58,834 bases of DNA from Nostoc sp. DedSLP01 (lineage in GTDB: Bacteria > Cyanobacteriota > Cyanobacteriia > Cyanobacteriales > Nostocaceae). Positions within the stretch are counted from its first letter, which is position 1, and every line of letters starts with the position of its first letter. The position numbers were made by a program, and so were the translations under genes. The notes below the pieces were generated by a model. It made no database searches and was not told the origin of the DNA. It saw only the letters and a list, made by a program, of their open reading frames with translations. Location of the stretch: contig JAVRCJ020000040.1 in assembly GCA_034530875.2 (NCBI GenBank), forward strand, positions 1 to 58,834. Direction: 5' to 3'. Shown here in pieces: positions 58,201 through 58,834 of this stretch.

Positions 58201-58511
58201 ATGGGGTAGAAGTTCGATTGCTGCTGCCGCAAGCGTTCTAAAGACTCTCCACCAAAATCTTCTAGAAGGATGACGAGCGTGCGCTGATAGTCCTGCTGGC
58301 TGTATGCCTTAACTACGCCATCGATGTTGAGGGAATGGGTAATTTCATATTCCTGCCTGTAGCGAGTTAATTCCCCAGCTGAGGGATAATCTTGCTTGAG
58401 GACTTTAGCGACAACTGCACAGTTATCTTGCTCTCTAATACCCCGGTACACAAGAGTTGCCGAACTTTCATAGATTTTGCTTAAGATGGCAACTCCAGGT
58501 AGGGTAATCAT
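52203..58511 (-). CDS. Hybrid Ser/Thr kinase - AAA ATPase - GAF - PAS x3 - histidine kinase (HisKA_3), HstK type
   Basis: HKDINPSN, IDFG, SPEQTGR; Walker A GYAGVGKS, LDDLQW; GAF GVLYLEN; PAS ends DITERK/DITQRK/DISDRK; ERNRMAREIHD, EALTNA, DNGQGF, GFGLLGM. Confidence 0.95.
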   Translation of the reverse strand: MITLPGVAILSKIYESSATLVYRGIREQDNCAVVAKVLKQDYPSAGELTRYRQEYEITHSLNIDGVVKAYSQQDYQRTLVILLEDFGGESLERLRQQQSNFYPIRLSNFLGLAIAITEILGRIHAANIIHKDINPSNIVLNPNTGVVKMIDFGIATRFSRTNPTFKSLHLLEGTPAYLSPEQTGRMNRMLDYRSDFYSLGATFYELLTGQLPFPTSDILELVHCHIAKTPVPPHEINSKIPKPVSDIILKLMAKNAEDRYQSAWGIKADLEYCTQQLVEIGQIDYIQLGFQDISQQFQISQKLYGREAEIGALLAAFDRVAASKERENAQFNVEMMLVSGYAGVGKSALVQELYKPITAKHGYFIWGKFDQFGRNVPYSAIANALQKLVQQLLGEPDEQVQQWRNRLLTALGSNGQPIVDVIPEVELIIGKQPPVPSVGATQAQNRFNSVFQKFVRVFCSKEHPLVIFLDDLQWIDSATLKLIELILLDEQTQYLFLIGAYRDNEVTPTHPLALTLLELRKQGALLQEIILAPLTPEPLSQLIAETLHCNVDTVRSLAQLVLRKTEGNPFFVGEFLRMLYGENLFSFDAKHLCWQWDIAQIQAQDIADNVVDLLLIGLNKLPKETRQILSLAACLGSEFNLETLAIVCEKSPKAVSLDLLAAIEAGLIQPISELDENLLVQDYKFLHDRVQQAAYALIDESHKQVVHLQIGRNLLEKTSQEQRAERLFEIVDHLNRGNEPIAERAERIEIAFLNLIVGQKAKAATAYEAALKYFTTGLKLLDTDSWLSEYDLTLALYSQAAEAAYLHGCFDEMEQFVEVVLNNAKTAIDKVQVYDSKIQAFLSQGKLKEALKTGLEVLKLFGVTLIETPSQLEVQKELEETSSLLAEQKIEDLIELPEMTAPEPLAAMYIMANVAATAHMMSPALMILIVCKMVNLSISYGNATWSPLSYAAYGFVLCGTVQDIELGYKFGKLALSLAQRLSTKKGNAKALTGFSAHVMHWKVHLRKTIPTLVDAYQNGVETGEFEYAGYAAYHVCYHSFFIGEELTQLEQKTATYSKAIGQIRRENPSNWIALLWQTILNLLDRSENPSRLIGRVYDEEQALSHAIAAKDGTGIHYFYLNKLILCYLFGEYHQAAQTAVLARQYLEEVTAMIPVPLFHFYDSLVLLSLLVEASIAEKEAWLSCVSTNQEKMKKWAEYAPMNYIHKFHLVEAEKARVLGQFLEAEEFYEQAIAGAAENEFIQEEALAYELAAKHYLARGRSKIAQIYIKEAHYCYDRWGAKAKVKDLENRYGQFFSQSYREAPTSTPTMSKTTSNTSNIALDLATVMKASQAISREIELEQLLRSLMQILIENAGAQTGFLILENAGEWVIEATGQLNDSDGENVYTTQVLQSVPIINCLPESIINYVIRTHETIVLNDATREGSFINAPYIQHNQTKSIFCLPLLNQADLVGVLYLENQLAVGAFTPEQSQVLHLLSTQAAIAIENAKLYSKLRASESKMTQFLEAVPVGIGVVDAVGHPYYSNQRAIQLLGKGIDPEVTSDRLAEVYQIYLAGTEQPYPTEKMPIVRALKGERTRVDDVEICQNNAKIPVEVWGTPVYDERGNVVYAIATFQDITERKQAEKLLADYNRTLEQQVGERTAALQKSETNYRNLVQTANSIILRCDAQGRIQYLNDYGLRFFGYEEHQILGRTLLETIVPEIETSGRNLKQFIHNVFYNRLDSTSYLQMENENLCRDGRRVWVAWSNQAMLNKQGDLVEILSVGNDITQRKQAEKALQCSETKFRNIFENSQVGIFRSRLSDGLALDANQRIAELFGFNSPDEIIGIVYSPDFYVNLSDRQQVVELLLRHGDLQNIEIQMRKRDGTSFWGLNSFHLNATDGYMEGVITDISDRKRAESASILEERNRMAREIHDTLAQAFTGIVLHNGTAIELMTKKPQTAQAHMETVDELARTGLTEARRSVAALRPKLLEEGDLISALKHLTAQMKSSTDTNITCEVIGTAYSSSPDIENNLLRIGQEALTNAIKYAHATEIQVELVYEKMQCCLRIKDNGQGFDTNQIIMNQGFGLLGMSERAERIGGELIVNSQPGQGTEIIVILNRE

Positions 58512-58834
58512 TCAATTCTCTCCCTATGAGTGTTATTAACAGCTCTAATACTACAAAGTATATCGTTTGCCAAACTCCAAGAGATGAAACAATTCCACAA
58601 AGATCGCGATCTAACGCTAAAAGCTAGAATGCTTGAATGCCACTAAAAAAGCTCTAAGCTATGTGGAATAAGGGCTATAGTTTGAAATGCCGGACGAGGA
58701 GTAAGTAAGTAGGCAGGCGATCGCTAATGAAGAAATAATGTAGAGTTGTCCAAAAGTTTTTGGAGATAGAAAAAGCTTACTCGTTCATGAAATTCTTTCA
58801 AAAAGACGAGCAAGCCAACACCATAAACACTACT

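Larger units (their letters stand above)
1153..58723. repeat. HIP1 octamer GCGATCGC dispersed throughout the window
   Basis: Dozens of copies seen, e.g. 1153-1160 and near 58720. Hallmark of cyanobacterial genomes. Confidence 0.9.

Overview
This window is from a filamentous cyanobacterium, probably Nostocales. That assignment rests on the dense HIP1 GCGATCGC octamers, STRR-like heptamers and typical gene families. It is an accessory region with five parts. (1) 1-9 kb: a truncated dGTPase chimera, a 1875-aa DUF4347/beta-propeller/cadherin/RTX surface protein, and a NACHT pseudogene hit by IS630-type elements. (2) 9-24 kb: a module of two filamentous-haemagglutinin (FHA)-domain proteins bracketing TPR-CHAT protease, sigma-70-like factor, DUF1822, CHAT-CHASE2 and DUF928 genes. 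(3) 24.4-40.7 kb: a hybrid RiPP locus. It contains a class II lanthipeptide (LanM plus a mersacidin-type precursor with CTVTAEC). Next to it are five double-glycine precursors with an APH-family kinase, a HopA1-like lyase (class V-type split dehydratase), a non-canonical aldo/keto reductase and a PPIase. A divergent operon encodes an HTH protein, a C39 peptidase ABC transporter, HlyD and a second PPIase. (4) About 40.7-41.4 kb: MITE-joined remnants of a second CHAT/sigma module. (5) 41.5-58.5 kb: enzymes (ScyD/E-hydrolase fusion, cupin, sulfatase, O-methyltransferase, SnoaL-like, FAD oxidoreductase, DsbA-like, DUF3598) downstream of an HstK-type Ser/Thr-His hybrid kinase and a NarL-type regulator. 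The best candidate for an undescribed system is the class-V-like multi-precursor cassette. Each of its five cores has exactly one Cys with Ser/Thr 3-4 residues upstream, and the cassette has no LanD or LanC. All family calls come from motif recognition by eye; no database searches were run.
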